Shown: positions 40,033 through 51,076, counted from the first letter of the stretch. The stretch is 64,000 bases of DNA from Basidiobolus meristosporus CBS 931.73 (GCA_002104905.1 MCFE01000038.1:140215-204214); one strand, 5' to 3'. Program-made: numbers and translations. The notes: generated by a model not told the origin, from the letters alone.

Positions 40033-42132
40033 CTAAATGGGGGTTTCCCGGTCAAGTACCTTTTGAAAGAAATCGGTAGTAAATGTAGCATCTGATGGCA
40101 TATCAGGGCCGCATGCCTGCAGGTTCCACCATTTCAAGTCCCTGTCCTTCTTACGGCCCGAAGGCTTGTGCGTGCTGTTGGATTTTACAAGCCATGACTC
40201 AGCCTTCAACTGCAGGTACGCGATTGCTTCGACGGGAGGTAAAATTCGAGTAGGGATTCTATCAGCATGCAGGCGTTTTCGCTTTTGCTTAGGAACGTAT
40301 ACATCCTGATGATCCTGATATAGTGAGGTGGACATGGCAAGAGCATACTGAAGATCTTCATCCGACTCTGGTTTGATTCGGCGGGGCTTGTGAAGAACAA
40401 CATTCGGTAAGGGTTGAATCACGACATCCTCCGTAAAGTCTTCATCCGCTTCTAGAAAAGCTACCTGGAATTCGCGAAGTTTTTGCGCCCTAGATGCTTC
40501 TGATACCTGTTCAATGGCTGGAGTAGGACTTTGATTGACCCAGTTCTGCTCCACACCAAGTTGATTCATTTGAATGATTAGCTGACTGTAGGTCAACTTT
40601 CGCAATTTGGCGCAGCATTTCAAATGAAGCATTCGAGCGTCTAATGTTGTCCATTTGAGAAGCCACGGATTTTGACAGCTTGGACAATTCGGGATGCTCA
40701 TGAGACAATGGATTCCTGTGTTGTACACTTCACTCGTTTTTACTGAGGTGGCATCCGTATTTGTTTCGGTGGATTTTGGCTTGGCAGGAATAATGTGATG
40801 CTTGCTATCTAAGCAGGCATTGATATGTAAGCTTTTGCGATCCTCATTCATAAAGGAAATATTCTCCTGACATATTAAACATCTCTCTACAGCGTTTGTA
40901 TCCAACAATACGGTCGAGTCGATGTCGGCCATCTTGGGTTGGACGAGTGCGTGCTGTGTGGATATATCAAGACAGTTATTTACATGATCTTCTTTGGCTT
41001 GGATGCTTTGAAAGGCAACTAAAGGGCATTGGCAGATAGGGCAGATCTCAATTGCTTGCTCTTGAATACTATGATCATTGGTAGGGCATGACGGGGCAAG
41101 AGCTTTTGCTGACTGAGCTTCTAGAGCAATTGTCGCGGGAATATCATCCATTGCATCTTGGGAAGCGATGTCCTCAGTAGCTCGAATGTCATATAATCTC
41201 TTGGAGTTTTGGCTGCACAGTTGAGGAGAGCAATGACTGTTCATCGATTCCGAGTCTATTAATGAGCTTGTATCTTCATGAAGTTCGAGCGTTGTGAGGC
41301 TCGCTGTCACTTTTCCTTCTTGGGATGTATCCTTTAACACTTCTAGATCTTGGTTGGTTTGATCGGTCCCTTTCTCGTCGCAACACCTTGCAGGCTCACC
41401 TAACTCTAAATGGAGCGGTGGTGATGTTTCTTGGCTATTCCGATCCTCCCTCAGAATTTTGATACTTGATGGCGTTACTTCCAATCGACATTTTGCTTCT
41501 TCACCGATGAAAGGCTCTTCCAAAGGAAACGCTTGAGTTGGTGGAATATCCTCCTTTTCTTCAGCTAAGAGTCGAGAAGCCAAAATGAATTGGTGCTTTG
41601 CAGGGGTTTCGTTTTGACTTAAAAATTGCTCCCATTTAGAACCTCGCTCAATTTTTTCCCGGTCATCTTTGATGGTTTCTATTTCCTCGGAGATGGGTGG
41701 AGTATTTTGGGGTTTCTGTGTCGTTTGGCTTAGCTTGATCTTATTTGTCGACCTGAGTGCCAATCTTCGGGGTTTGAAGGTTGAAATTGCCGCAGAGCCA
41801 AAGTACTTGGACACTAGTGAAGAGTTTAAACCAGAGTCAGTCTTCGACTCTACAACAGGATCACTGATTATTGGCCTTGCAGTCTGTTTCGTGCTCGAGG
41901 AGGCTGAACACCTATCGGCAGAACCAATTATAGAAAACAAAGAACTTTTTCCCCCAGACTTTCCGTTGGAATTCACTTTGATTGTCCTTCTTCGACTAGT
42001 TCCTAAATACTTTTTGTTTGAGGTGCCCCGTTCAGTCGTTCCATTTGTATTTGGAGAAGCCTTTATGGTACTCTTCTCCTTTGAGGCAGTCTTTATATTA
42101 AGATCACGGAAATCGTCGTCGTCGTCATCCAT
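40033..42132 (-). CDS. UBZ4-type zinc-finger/ubiquitin-binding scaffold resembling the N-terminal half of animal SLX4
   Basis: CPICQ...HVNNCLD, CLICQ...HINACLD and CPSC...HLKCC zinc fingers; UIM-like DEDLQYALAMSTSL; otherwise largely disordered. The long ORF is intronless from the ATG at 42132. Confidence 0.72.
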   Translation of the reverse strand: MDDDDDDFRDLNIKTASKEKSTIKASPNTNGTTERGTSNKKYLGTSRRRTIKVNSNGKSGGKSSLFSIIGSADRCSASSSTKQTARPIISDPVVESKTDSGLNSSLVSKYFGSAAISTFKPRRLALRSTNKIKLSQTTQKPQNTPPISEEIETIKDDREKIERGSKWEQFLSQNETPAKHQFILASRLLAEEKEDIPPTQAFPLEEPFIGEEAKCRLEVTPSSIKILREDRNSQETSPPLHLELGEPARCCDEKGTDQTNQDLEVLKDTSQEGKVTASLTTLELHEDTSSLIDSESMNSHCSPQLCSQNSKRLYDIRATEDIASQDAMDDIPATIALEAQSAKALAPSCPTNDHSIQEQAIEICPICQCPLVAFQSIQAKEDHVNNCLDISTQHALVQPKMADIDSTVLLDTNAVERCLICQENISFMNEDRKSLHINACLDSKHHIIPAKPKSTETNTDATSVKTSEVYNTGIHCLMSIPNCPSCQNPWLLKWTTLDARMLHLKCCAKLRKLTYSQLIIQMNQLGVEQNWVNQSPTPAIEQVSEASRAQKLREFQVAFLEADEDFTEDVVIQPLPNVVLHKPRRIKPESDEDLQYALAMSTSLYQDHQDVYVPKQKRKRLHADRIPTRILPPVEAIAYLQLKAESWLVKSNSTHKPSGRKKDRDLKWWNLQACGPDMPSDATFTTDFFQKVLDRETPI

Positions 42133-42460
42133 AACAAGACATTTCCGGAACACCAGGTATATTGAATAAGCCGTAGTAGGCTGACTGCAAAAGAGTGTGA
42201 AGGGGGAATATCATGTGACTTGATTCGGAACCTGGACTTGATTGGATGCCCATTATTTTGAAAATACTGATTGATTCTCTGGGACTCAATCTCTAGCAAT
42301 ATTTATTGAGGAGCCACTACGCTCTAGCCGCTCCCTTGGTGCGCGAGGAGAACATCCGATGCAATTATTATTTATTCATAGTCATTTGGCCCAAGATTAG
42401 GAAAACGATACACCAATTAATCCAACACTAGGTGATTCCAGAGCACCAAGAGAATTCACA

Positions 42461-42913
42461 TTAATCGTGATAAATAAATTGGGCTCCATTGATGTTGAAA
42501 TCGGCGTAGGTCTTAACATGAGGGCCTTTGTTGAAGTTGAAATTACTAGTGCTCACTGTTCCGTCATCGTTGATTTTTTCTACTACAGCGACATGTCCTT
42601 GTGATCCGGTGCCTTGGGTAAAGCTTGGTAACACGATGATCGAGGGAACTCTAGGCTCTCTAGAGACCTCCCAACCAGAATGCCTACGTGCGTTATTTGC
42701 CCACGATTCGGCATTGCCAGCCCATTCGGTGTGATATCCAGTTAGCTGGTAATATCTAGCGTCAGCCCAATCAGTGCATTGCCCATTTCCAAAGCGGAAC
42801 TCCAATGAGTATTCCCGCGCTTTTAGATTCGCGTTATCACGAATTGGTAAAGGATTAACAAAACCAACAAGAAGGACCAGAACAAATAGTGTAGTATTCC
42901 TAAGGAAAGGCAT
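42461..42913 (-). CDS. Secreted CHAP-domain cysteine/histidine peptidoglycan hydrolase (copy 1, minimal, 150 aa)
   Basis: Signal peptide MPFLRNTTLFVLVLLVGFVNP; GQCTDWA (catalytic Cys), GNAESWA, GHVAVVE (catalytic His), STSNFN. Intronless. Confidence 0.9.
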   Translation of the reverse strand: MPFLRNTTLFVLVLLVGFVNPLPIRDNANLKAREYSLEFRFGNGQCTDWADARYYQLTGYHTEWAGNAESWANNARRHSGWEVSREPRVPSIIVLPSFTQGTGSQGHVAVVEKINDDGTVSTSNFNFNKGPHVKTYADFNINGAQFIYHD

Positions 42914-44464
42914 TGTGTTGGTGGAAAGCGGGAAATTTGGAGAGATCGAATTGACTTGTACACGATGCCACAGAATTGAATGATTGAGAAACCTCGGCGT
43001 TTCCTCATGTTTATATAGAGGCCATGCACTTCCCTGTTTGTTAGAATGGAGATTACCAGGGGGCATCCAGTATGGATTGCAGATGCAAAGCGGAGGCTGC
43101 TCATGCCAACTGAAAACCCTCGTCTATGGTGAGAACACAAGCCCAAGATGCTAATATTTTATGTGCTGTAATAGAGGAATAGGGATTTAACGCAGAGTTA
43201 AGTTTCCACTGCGTCCTCCTCTTCCCCTTATTTTGCATTCATCCTGACTCGGTGAAAGTCAATACTCTTGCTGAAGTGCAGAGTTTATGCATGGGAGCAA
43301 TTGGTACCTTAAGCCATATGCAAATTTGAGATTTTTCGGTCGTTTAATTAACATGGAAGCTTTCCGGATTATCACATGCGACATATTACTCAATCCGGGC
43401 CTAGTAAGGTGTTTGACTGGAGGAGGCGCTGTTAATATCTAGCGTTGCTAAAGCCATATTCAATGTAGTCTCAACCTGGATACCACCACAGGAAAAGAAA
43501 TCAATATATAAAGGGATAGATGATACCCATATGCTTGGTATTCCGGTATAATTTCATTTGAGTACCTGGGGCTGGTAAGAAATGAAAACTCAAGACGCAA
43601 TCCTCTACATTTGTAAACATGGCGTTTAGATAGATCCTGAGGGCTCCTTACTTTGAGGATGTATAGACAACCTCCTTACAAGTAATACATCAATTTACAT
43701 GGTGCCACTATGCAGCGAGATAAATATTTCCTTTACCATTCAGTTGATAGCCTATTCCCAACCAACATGTAACACTTCCGAACTCATCTAGCTACAAGTG
43801 GTGTATCGGCTTTGTTTTATCCAAGAATATAGGGAAACACTGTTACACTCCACCTTCGGCCAATGTAAAAGGAGTAAGTGTTGCGGCAATAAACAATTCG
43901 GCTTACCCAATATGCTGTACGCCCATAACTAGCCTCGGTCCAACTACAAGGTTTACTATGAAGTTGCTAATCACTGCATATCTCTAATGATTCCTCTTGT
44001 CTATGGTGTTCGCCTCACTTCTGTTACTTTCCCATCCATTGAAGGGCCAGCGGTATGCAGACTTGTGATGGCTCTGCTTGAATACTATCTTCGGATTGCA
44101 TCTCGTCAATGATGCGATACACTCAACTGCTGTGCGCACTACAAGAATTAATACTTCAATGGGTTTATTTAATGTAGCGAGATGATTCGGAGACATCCCC
44201 AGGAGTACATAGCCTATTCAAAGTATTCTATTGACCTAGATTAATATATATACGTTATATATGTAAGCAAGCCAAGAACAGAACCCACTGTGTTTATCTT
44301 CTCACAGTTTGCCGAAGTTGCTGATGGATACATACCAGATCGCCACAGCTTTAACTATGCAAGCATCAAAATTTAACAACAAGGGTAGGGGAGGTAAGCA
44401 GCGTTCTTCAGCTCCGGAGGATTGATGCCCGAATTTTCAAGAGGTGGGAATGGGTTCTAAGTAA

Positions 44465-45118
44465 TTACAATGAATTGCCCTGCTGGGCCTTTTGTTTCTG
44501 TCCATTCTTCCACTCGGCTGCCTCGGTCTTTAAAGCTAGCCACCTGTTTTGACAACACTCGGGGGTTTTGCCTTTTACCAATTTAGAAACCTCCTCCCAA
44601 TTATCAAACCCGATGCTTTGTATCGCGTTGAGAAGAGTGTCATCTAATTTATGTGTCCACACATTCCAACGAGGGTCTGTTCGCAATCCTTGCAAGTACT
44701 TGGACTTCAGCTGTGCGCAAGAGCGGGTTTGGAAACCTTCTTTTTGGATGACGGTCCACACGAAACCGTGTTTTAGAACCAGTTTGTGAAGTAGTTTTTC
44801 GTCATCTTCAGTCCATACTTGTGAAGCAGCATATCCCTTGGATTTCATTAACCGTTGTAAGTTTATCTCCGGTTTCAATTTGACCAGGTAGTGGTAGCGT
44901 AGAGTTTGAAGCTGGCGACCAGGAAAACTTCTGGCGATGTAGGACCACTTCTCGCCATATTCATCAACAAGCCGAATCAACCGCTCGTTCTCCTCTGGTG
45001 TCCAATTTAAGATTCGTAGCGTCGAAGTAGTGGAGAATTGGTTTGACCTAGATCTCGTTAAAGCATAGCGAGCAAGTGGGTTGAGTTTACAAGTCAGGCG
45101 GGATTTTAACCAAGACAT
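44465..45118 (-). CDS. Three-repeat Myb/SANT protein with an Arg/Ser/Leu-rich, acid-free N-terminus
   Basis: WTPEENERL...KWSYIA...GR; WTEDDEKLL...VWTVI...TRS; WTHKLDDTL...NWEEVS...GKTPECCQNRW. Intronless. Confidence 0.85.
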   Translation of the reverse strand: MSWLKSRLTCKLNPLARYALTRSRSNQFSTTSTLRILNWTPEENERLIRLVDEYGEKWSYIARSFPGRQLQTLRYHYLVKLKPEINLQRLMKSKGYAASQVWTEDDEKLLHKLVLKHGFVWTVIQKEGFQTRSCAQLKSKYLQGLRTDPRWNVWTHKLDDTLLNAIQSIGFDNWEEVSKLVKGKTPECCQNRWLALKTEAAEWKNGQKQKAQQGNSL

Positions 45119-46521
45119 GCTCAGTTAGATTTTATGGCTCCCTGCGAAGGATATTTGAGAAGGACGCAGAAGAAACTCCAATAAAGGTATCGGAAATCGA
45201 AGATCACAGATCAATTTGCTACATCATCATTTGTATGAGTGATATTTCGTAACTAAGCCTAATCCCCATCCTAACCAACATGATTAGCGTTTCAATAGGT
45301 CTATTTAACGAAGGATCATGGATTGGACTGCGTTATTTTGGCTATACAACTTGCTCTCCTGCGACCATCTTGAGACAACCATATTGGCGGACAACTAAAT
45401 ATTTGCTCAGTATCGGTACCTGAGAATTGGGGAAATTTGCCAACACATTTGAGATATGAATGGCCGAATCAGAGGTTTGAGGGTGCAACACTTAGCTTTG
45501 GCCAGCGTATCACTCAGCCGACGGTGTAGGCCATTCTTGGCATGCTGGTACCATGACTTTTCCTGTCCGAGTTAGATAACACCGCGAAGGACTACATATG
45601 GCCCAGGTGAAGATAAAGGTACAGGTACAGGTGGGAGTACTCTGCCAATGGCTGGACGCGAATGACATCTGAATAACATCAACTCCAATCCAGTGATTCA
45701 TTCGGATATGACCAGTAATTGATTAGATGAACAGGTCTTGGTTCGTAAGGTGATACTGAAACTCCTTGATCTCTGTTTGTAACTCAATGGTTCGCCCTCC
45801 TGATTTAGGACATCAACCGCGAGGGGTTTATGCTCGTTGACGGATTGAATTCAAAGGGTGGAAGGAGCCAGGATTGGATTTAATTTCAAGACTGGCTCTC
45901 AATCGCGGCACCAGTTGAACTTGCAGCACACCCGTGGTACGGATATTCAATACTTCATTGAATTGATTTGATTGTAGTAATTAAGGTTCCTGCGCACGGG
46001 TAATATTAGCCCAACGGGATTCTAATCATATGCCCCATACTCCGATTGAGATGATCGGGATCTCCGTGGAAATGATTCAATCAATTTGAGCGCAATATGG
46101 AGGTCAGGCCCCAAAGGGCAGTTGAGAGATTCTGATTGATTGCAATGATGCTCTGGTCCAGTCAAGGATGCCATGATGTATTACCAGTTTAGTGGTTTCG
46201 AAAGATTCCTTTGAAATTTGGGAAATGCAAATGATTGTTCGAAACGAGGGTCTTCAGCTGCAAGCTAATATCGAAATCCCAGGCCGTGATTTGACAATCG
46301 CGGAATCTTCGTACGAGAAAAAGATCCCACACCAAGAGAATGAAGGGCTCAACAATACGGGTAACGCTCCTGAAAAGGAAGCTTCCGATGTCGCTCAGTG
46401 GCACTATGTTCTTCATTGAACTGCTATAAAATCCCCAGGTCGATGAATCACTACTGTATATTCCGATCTCCCTTGATCATCCCGCTCGTTAAGAAACTTT
46501 CAGGAAAAGTTGTCCCTTAAA

Positions 46522-47493
46522 ATGCATTATTTCTCTCGGTATCTCGTAGTGGCTCTTTGCCTTGGCCTTGCTGTGCAAGCCACCCCAGTAATGGTAAGCG
46601 CCAGCGTCGACGCTAGGTCTTTCCATCCTGAGGCCGCAGGTAGCCCAGGTATTTTTCGCCGCGATAGGCATTCTAGTGGTCATGGAAGAGGTGGTCGAGG
46701 AGACTCTGGTCACAGCATGAAGTCGAGTGATGGTCAGAGCTATGGCGATACGCCTGGCCATAGAATGAAATCAAGTGATGGCCAGAGTTATGGCAATACA
46801 TCTGGTTATGGCCATCGTTCTAGGCCCAGCAAGTATGGCGGTGACATGGGCCGTTCTCATGACGTTGGTAAACACAGAAAGCATAAGGGGAAAAAAGGTC
46901 ACTCGGACGATGGTGGATACGATGGTGGATACGATGGTGGATACGATGGCGGATACGATAGTGGCAATAGCGATTCAAGTGATGATGGCCAGGATGATAA
47001 TGGTGATTCGTATGGTAACTCTGATTCGGGAGACGACACTGACTCCGGTAACACCAGCACACCCACAGATAGCACCGGCGATCAAACCACAAGTGGTAGC
47101 ACCCAGAATAGCACCGATACTAGCACGAGTGCAGGCACAGGAAAGCTTGAATTCCGCTTCCATAATGGTCAATGTACTGATTGGGCAGATGCTCGCTATG
47201 CTCAACTCACTGGACACCATATCAGCTGGTCTGGAGACGCCCGGACTTGGGCAAGTAAGGCACGAAGTGCCAAAGGATGGACGGTCTCAGCTACCCCTAA
47301 GCAGCCTAGTATCATCGTCTTACAGCCAGGGGTTCAAGGTGCTGGCGGTCCAGGTCACGTTGCGGTGGTAGAGAAAATACTTTCCTCAACCACGGTCTCG
47401 ACCAGCAACTACAATTTCAACGGCGGACCATATATCAAGAAAACCGCCACCTTCAAGACAGGAAATGGAGTTGACTTCCTCTGGTATGGCTAG
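46522..47493 (+). CDS. Secreted CHAP-domain peptidoglycan hydrolase (copy 2) with long G/S/D/H-rich pro-region
   Basis: Signal peptide MHYFSRYLVVALCLGLAVQA; low-complexity linker; C-terminal GQCTDWADARYAQLTG...GHVAVVE...STSNYN. Intronless. Confidence 0.9.
   Translation: MHYFSRYLVVALCLGLAVQATPVMVSASVDARSFHPEAAGSPGIFRRDRHSSGHGRGGRGDSGHSMKSSDGQSYGDTPGHRMKSSDGQSYGNTSGYGHRSRPSKYGGDMGRSHDVGKHRKHKGKKGHSDDGGYDGGYDGGYDGGYDSGNSDSSDDGQDDNGDSYGNSDSGDDTDSGNTSTPTDSTGDQTTSGSTQNSTDTSTSAGTGKLEFRFHNGQCTDWADARYAQLTGHHISWSGDARTWASKARSAKGWTVSATPKQPSIIVLQPGVQGAGGPGHVAVVEKILSSTTVSTSNYNFNGGPYIKKTATFKTGNGVDFLWYG
46909..46956 (+). repeat. 12-bp tandem repeat (GATGGTGGATAC) x4 encoding DGGY x4
   Basis: Read directly; the fourth copy has one T>C change. 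Confidence 0.95.
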
Positions 47494-48135
47494 GATGCTT
47501 AGAACCCCTCGGTTTCCGCCCTGGATATATATGAAATTTGCTGATATGAATTGATCAAACATTCCAAATCAACTCGGACACTGGCAGTCTAATTTTGCCT
47601 TGGTTAATGGAATTGGTGCAGAAATAATAAAACTCCATCACTGAAACTAATACTTCAGTTGCCAGGCCCGTTGAATATAACAGACCAAAAGAAATGCATA
47701 CCGGATCCATAGTACCGTACAAAAGATTACAAGATGTTGATGGTAACCAGACGGCTGTGGGACTGAGTTATTGTCAATGAGGCAATTAGCATTAATATTA
47801 ATGAGTAGGATTCATTACCCTGTCATACGTACAAATTCACTAGCAGATGATGTGCAGAGCGATATTCATCCAAAACTAGAAATAATTCAACTCAAAGAAG
47901 AATATCCAGGGAAGTCCACCCGACCCTTATGCAAGCACTAACCTTTCAGAATCTTGGAAATCACTCAGGTTGTGATTCAGCCCAATCTCGAGGGTAATGA
48001 ACTCCCTAGACTACGACCGGGCGGTGAGGTACAAATTAAATACAGATGGGCTTCATTCGAGAGGTAACACGAAGATCTATATAAACACCGCATTCACCAT
48101 CACCAAGCACAAACTAACTTTCTGGCAAAGTGGCG

Positions 48136-48759
48136 ATGAATCCAACCTTCTTTTTGTGCACTCTAGCAGTCATCATATCCAGTTGTCTGATCCAGGCAAC
48201 ACTCTCAACCAATCCTCATCCTAACGATTTGCAGCCACGATACTACTATTCCTACAAGTATTCTTGGAGCTCTAATGGAGGAGACAGCGGTGGAAATGAT
48301 GACTCAAAGAGCAGGTCAAGGAGCACTCAGTATAAAAACAACAATAATAGGCATGGCAAACCAGGATCCTCCAAAAACAATGGTTATTCAGGGACCCAAG
48401 ACAAGGGAAGGCTCGTCTTTCAATTTGACAATGGGCAGTGTACCGATTGGGCCGATGCGCGTTACGCTCAACTTACTGGACATCATGTCAGCTGGTCCGG
48501 AGACGCCCGAACTTGGGCAAACAAGGCGCGAAATACTCCAGGGTGGTCAGTGTCTACCAGACCTATCAAGCCAAGCATCATCGTTTTGCAACCCGGTGTT
48601 CAGGGTGCTGGTGGTGCTGGCCATGTCGCAGTAGTTGAAAGCATCAAATCAAACGGAGAGGTGTACACAAGCAATTACAATTATAATGGTGGCCCGTATG
48701 TCAAAACATACACAACTTTTGAATCAGGATATGGCATTAGCTACATTTGGTATAAGTGA
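48136..48759 (+). CDS. Secreted CHAP-domain peptidoglycan hydrolase (copy 3)
   Basis: Signal peptide MNPTFFLCTLAVIISSCLIQA; N/S/G/K-rich linker; GQCTDWADARYAQLTGHHVSWSGDARTWA...SIIVLQPGVQGAGGAGHVAVVE...TSNYN. Intronless. Confidence 0.9.
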   Translation: MNPTFFLCTLAVIISSCLIQATLSTNPHPNDLQPRYYYSYKYSWSSNGGDSGGNDDSKSRSRSTQYKNNNNRHGKPGSSKNNGYSGTQDKGRLVFQFDNGQCTDWADARYAQLTGHHVSWSGDARTWANKARNTPGWSVSTRPIKPSIIVLQPGVQGAGGAGHVAVVESIKSNGEVYTSNYNYNGGPYVKTYTTFESGYGISYIWYK

Positions 48760-49368
48760 TCTGGACTTATGATTTTCCACCTATTTATCCCATGCTTCAT
48801 TCGCGAGGAGTTTGAAAATAATCATACCTATTTATTTTTCTCACCCGAAATGATTGGAACTTTTGAACAATTATTAAACTGATATTTCATTCAAAAACAC
48901 CCATCGTTGAGTTGATGCGGGCTTCTACGAAAATAGTGTGCACACATGTCCTGGAGGTACCTGGGACAACAAACCGGGACTTATGGGTTGTTTGAAGTGA
49001 CAGGCTTCACGACATCTCTCGACAACTCTGTAGTATCTAGCTGGGTATCACTGGATACAAATTCGTGTACGGCAGTAGGGATCATAGTAGAGGTTTTGAT
49101 GCTAACGCGTGCCTGTCAAAACTAACAATCAATCGCATCTTTTTCCCGCCACCCTGTGTCAAGTGTACCCCGCAGCAGCTCAGACAAACGAAATCCAACT
49201 GGTAGAGTAATAAAGTATCTTTTATTTATACAAAGATGTTGAGTATGTGGGAGAGAGCTAAACTGTATCGGTAGAAGTGTGGTAGTTTTATTATTGCGAC
49301 CAAAAAATGAAATTAACTCCCGCGAATGCATCCTTTCTAATTCCAATTCAATAAAGTTTGCCCGAAAC

Positions 49369-51076
49369 TTAGTGCTTCTTCTTCTTTCCCTCAAAGCCCG
49401 GTCTAGATTTCTAATGTGGAAAAGACGGTTAGTTATACGCAATCGCCCGTTGCGAAGGGTGTGCAACTAACCTTGGCACTCTTGCCCTTTCCTTTGTTCT
49501 TCTTGGCATCAATTCTAGCTTTGATGTTCTCGTTTCTCTTCTTTTGCTTGTTAGCAATAGACTCAGTAACCTGTGTCTTGCGCTCATTCCTTTTTCATTG
49601 AAGTGGCATGTCAGCATACACATCACGTGAACATTGCTACCAACTACGTACCATTCTTTACTGCTCTTCTTCTTCTTGACCTCATCACGTTTGATGGTCT
49701 TTTTGAGGAGTTTAGGATCATCCTTGAGCTTGGCACCTGCAGACATTTGGAGGGCCTTTTTCCACTGTTCGTTTTCAATGATCTTCTCAGCCTAGATGGA
49801 TAATTTATGGTTGTCAATAGACATTCCAGTGCATGATGGATATCGAATTAATTACCTTCTCCTTGTCTGTTGCCTTCAATTTCTCTAATTTCTCCTGCTT
49901 AGCTTCAACCTGATCAAACACGCTTAGATCCAGACTAGAGTGAGGTTTTGAAGTGCTACACGTACCTTCTTCAATGCAACAGCGGCTGGAAGAGAACCCT
50001 TCTTTTTCTTAGGGCCATCGAATTCAAACTTGCTGAAGGATATGTCACCGTCCATGTTGACTGTACTAGCCGAAGCATTCTTGGGAGCATTCTAAACTTG
50101 TGATTTAGCGAGAATTCAGAACTTTCGAATGTAACTGCGCACCCACCTTATTACTGTCTGTTTCTACAATGACCTCCTCAGCAGAGAGCTTCATCTTCTT
50201 TTGCTCTTGCTTACGCTTCTCCTTCTTCTCGCTCTTTCTCTTCTTTCTGCTCTCTAAGATACCGTCGCGGGTTTCGCTATTGCTTGATGGGACCTTTCTA
50301 TTAGCGCGGAGCTCAGCAATACGGCTTTGTAAGCGAGCTTTGAGATCTTCAATAGAAGAGCTGGGCAAAGGCTTGACGATTTCTTTTGAGCCTAAAAGTG
50401 AGTAAGCATGCCAGGCTGCTAGGTAAAAAGAATCAACAAACCTTCGGTCTCCTCGCCACTTGATTCTACCTTGGGAGAAACTACTTCAATTTTAGAGTCC
50501 TCATCTACAGACATAGCGTCTTCATCAAGGTCCGCCTCCGAATCGGAATCTTCCTCCTCCTTATCGGCATCCTGTGCCTTCTCGGCTTGAATCTCTACAA
50601 CGGACTTGTGGTTCTCGGGGTCAAGCTATGTAGCAAATGATTAAGTTACTAAACAAGGGTTGTCGGAATGTCTTGTCTTCGGTAAAATACCTTGGCTTTC
50701 TTGGCCTTCTTGGTTCTTTCTTTAATCTCCTGTCTAGGGGCACGTTTGTTTTTGTTGTGCTGATATTTGGTGTTCTAAATGTCGAAAGGGAGTACAAACC
50801 GGTTGGCCTTCACGCTACAAGTTAAATGAATATATCTCGGTAGAAAAACGTACCTCTTGAGAATCCTCTGAAATATAATACTTGGAGGGTATCAGGCTCA
50901 AGAGCGAGTCAAAAGCTTGGCTGTACTCTTGAAGACGATCCTGCGTTGAAAGTAAAAAGTAAATCAACTGCTTCCGATAAAGAGTCACCCCGGTATACGG
51001 GTGTATGTTGATATCGAAATGTGCCTGCCCACTGGGAAATTACCTCAAGTCCGGAGAGCGTGTATTCAGTCGCCAT
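49369..51076 (-). CDS. RRP14: Rrp14/SURF6 ribosome-biogenesis protein, multi-intron
   Basis: After intron 1: DRLQEYSQAFDSLLSLIPSKYY (RRP14 N domain). Then LKARLQSRIAELRANRK, AGAKLKDDPKLLKKTIKR, and the SURF6 terminal RPGFEG in the last exon. Confidence 0.9.

Noticed and set aside
41669-42169. 166-aa plus-strand hydrophobic ORF
   Set aside because: Antisense shadow of the K/S/T-rich N-terminus of the UBZ protein.
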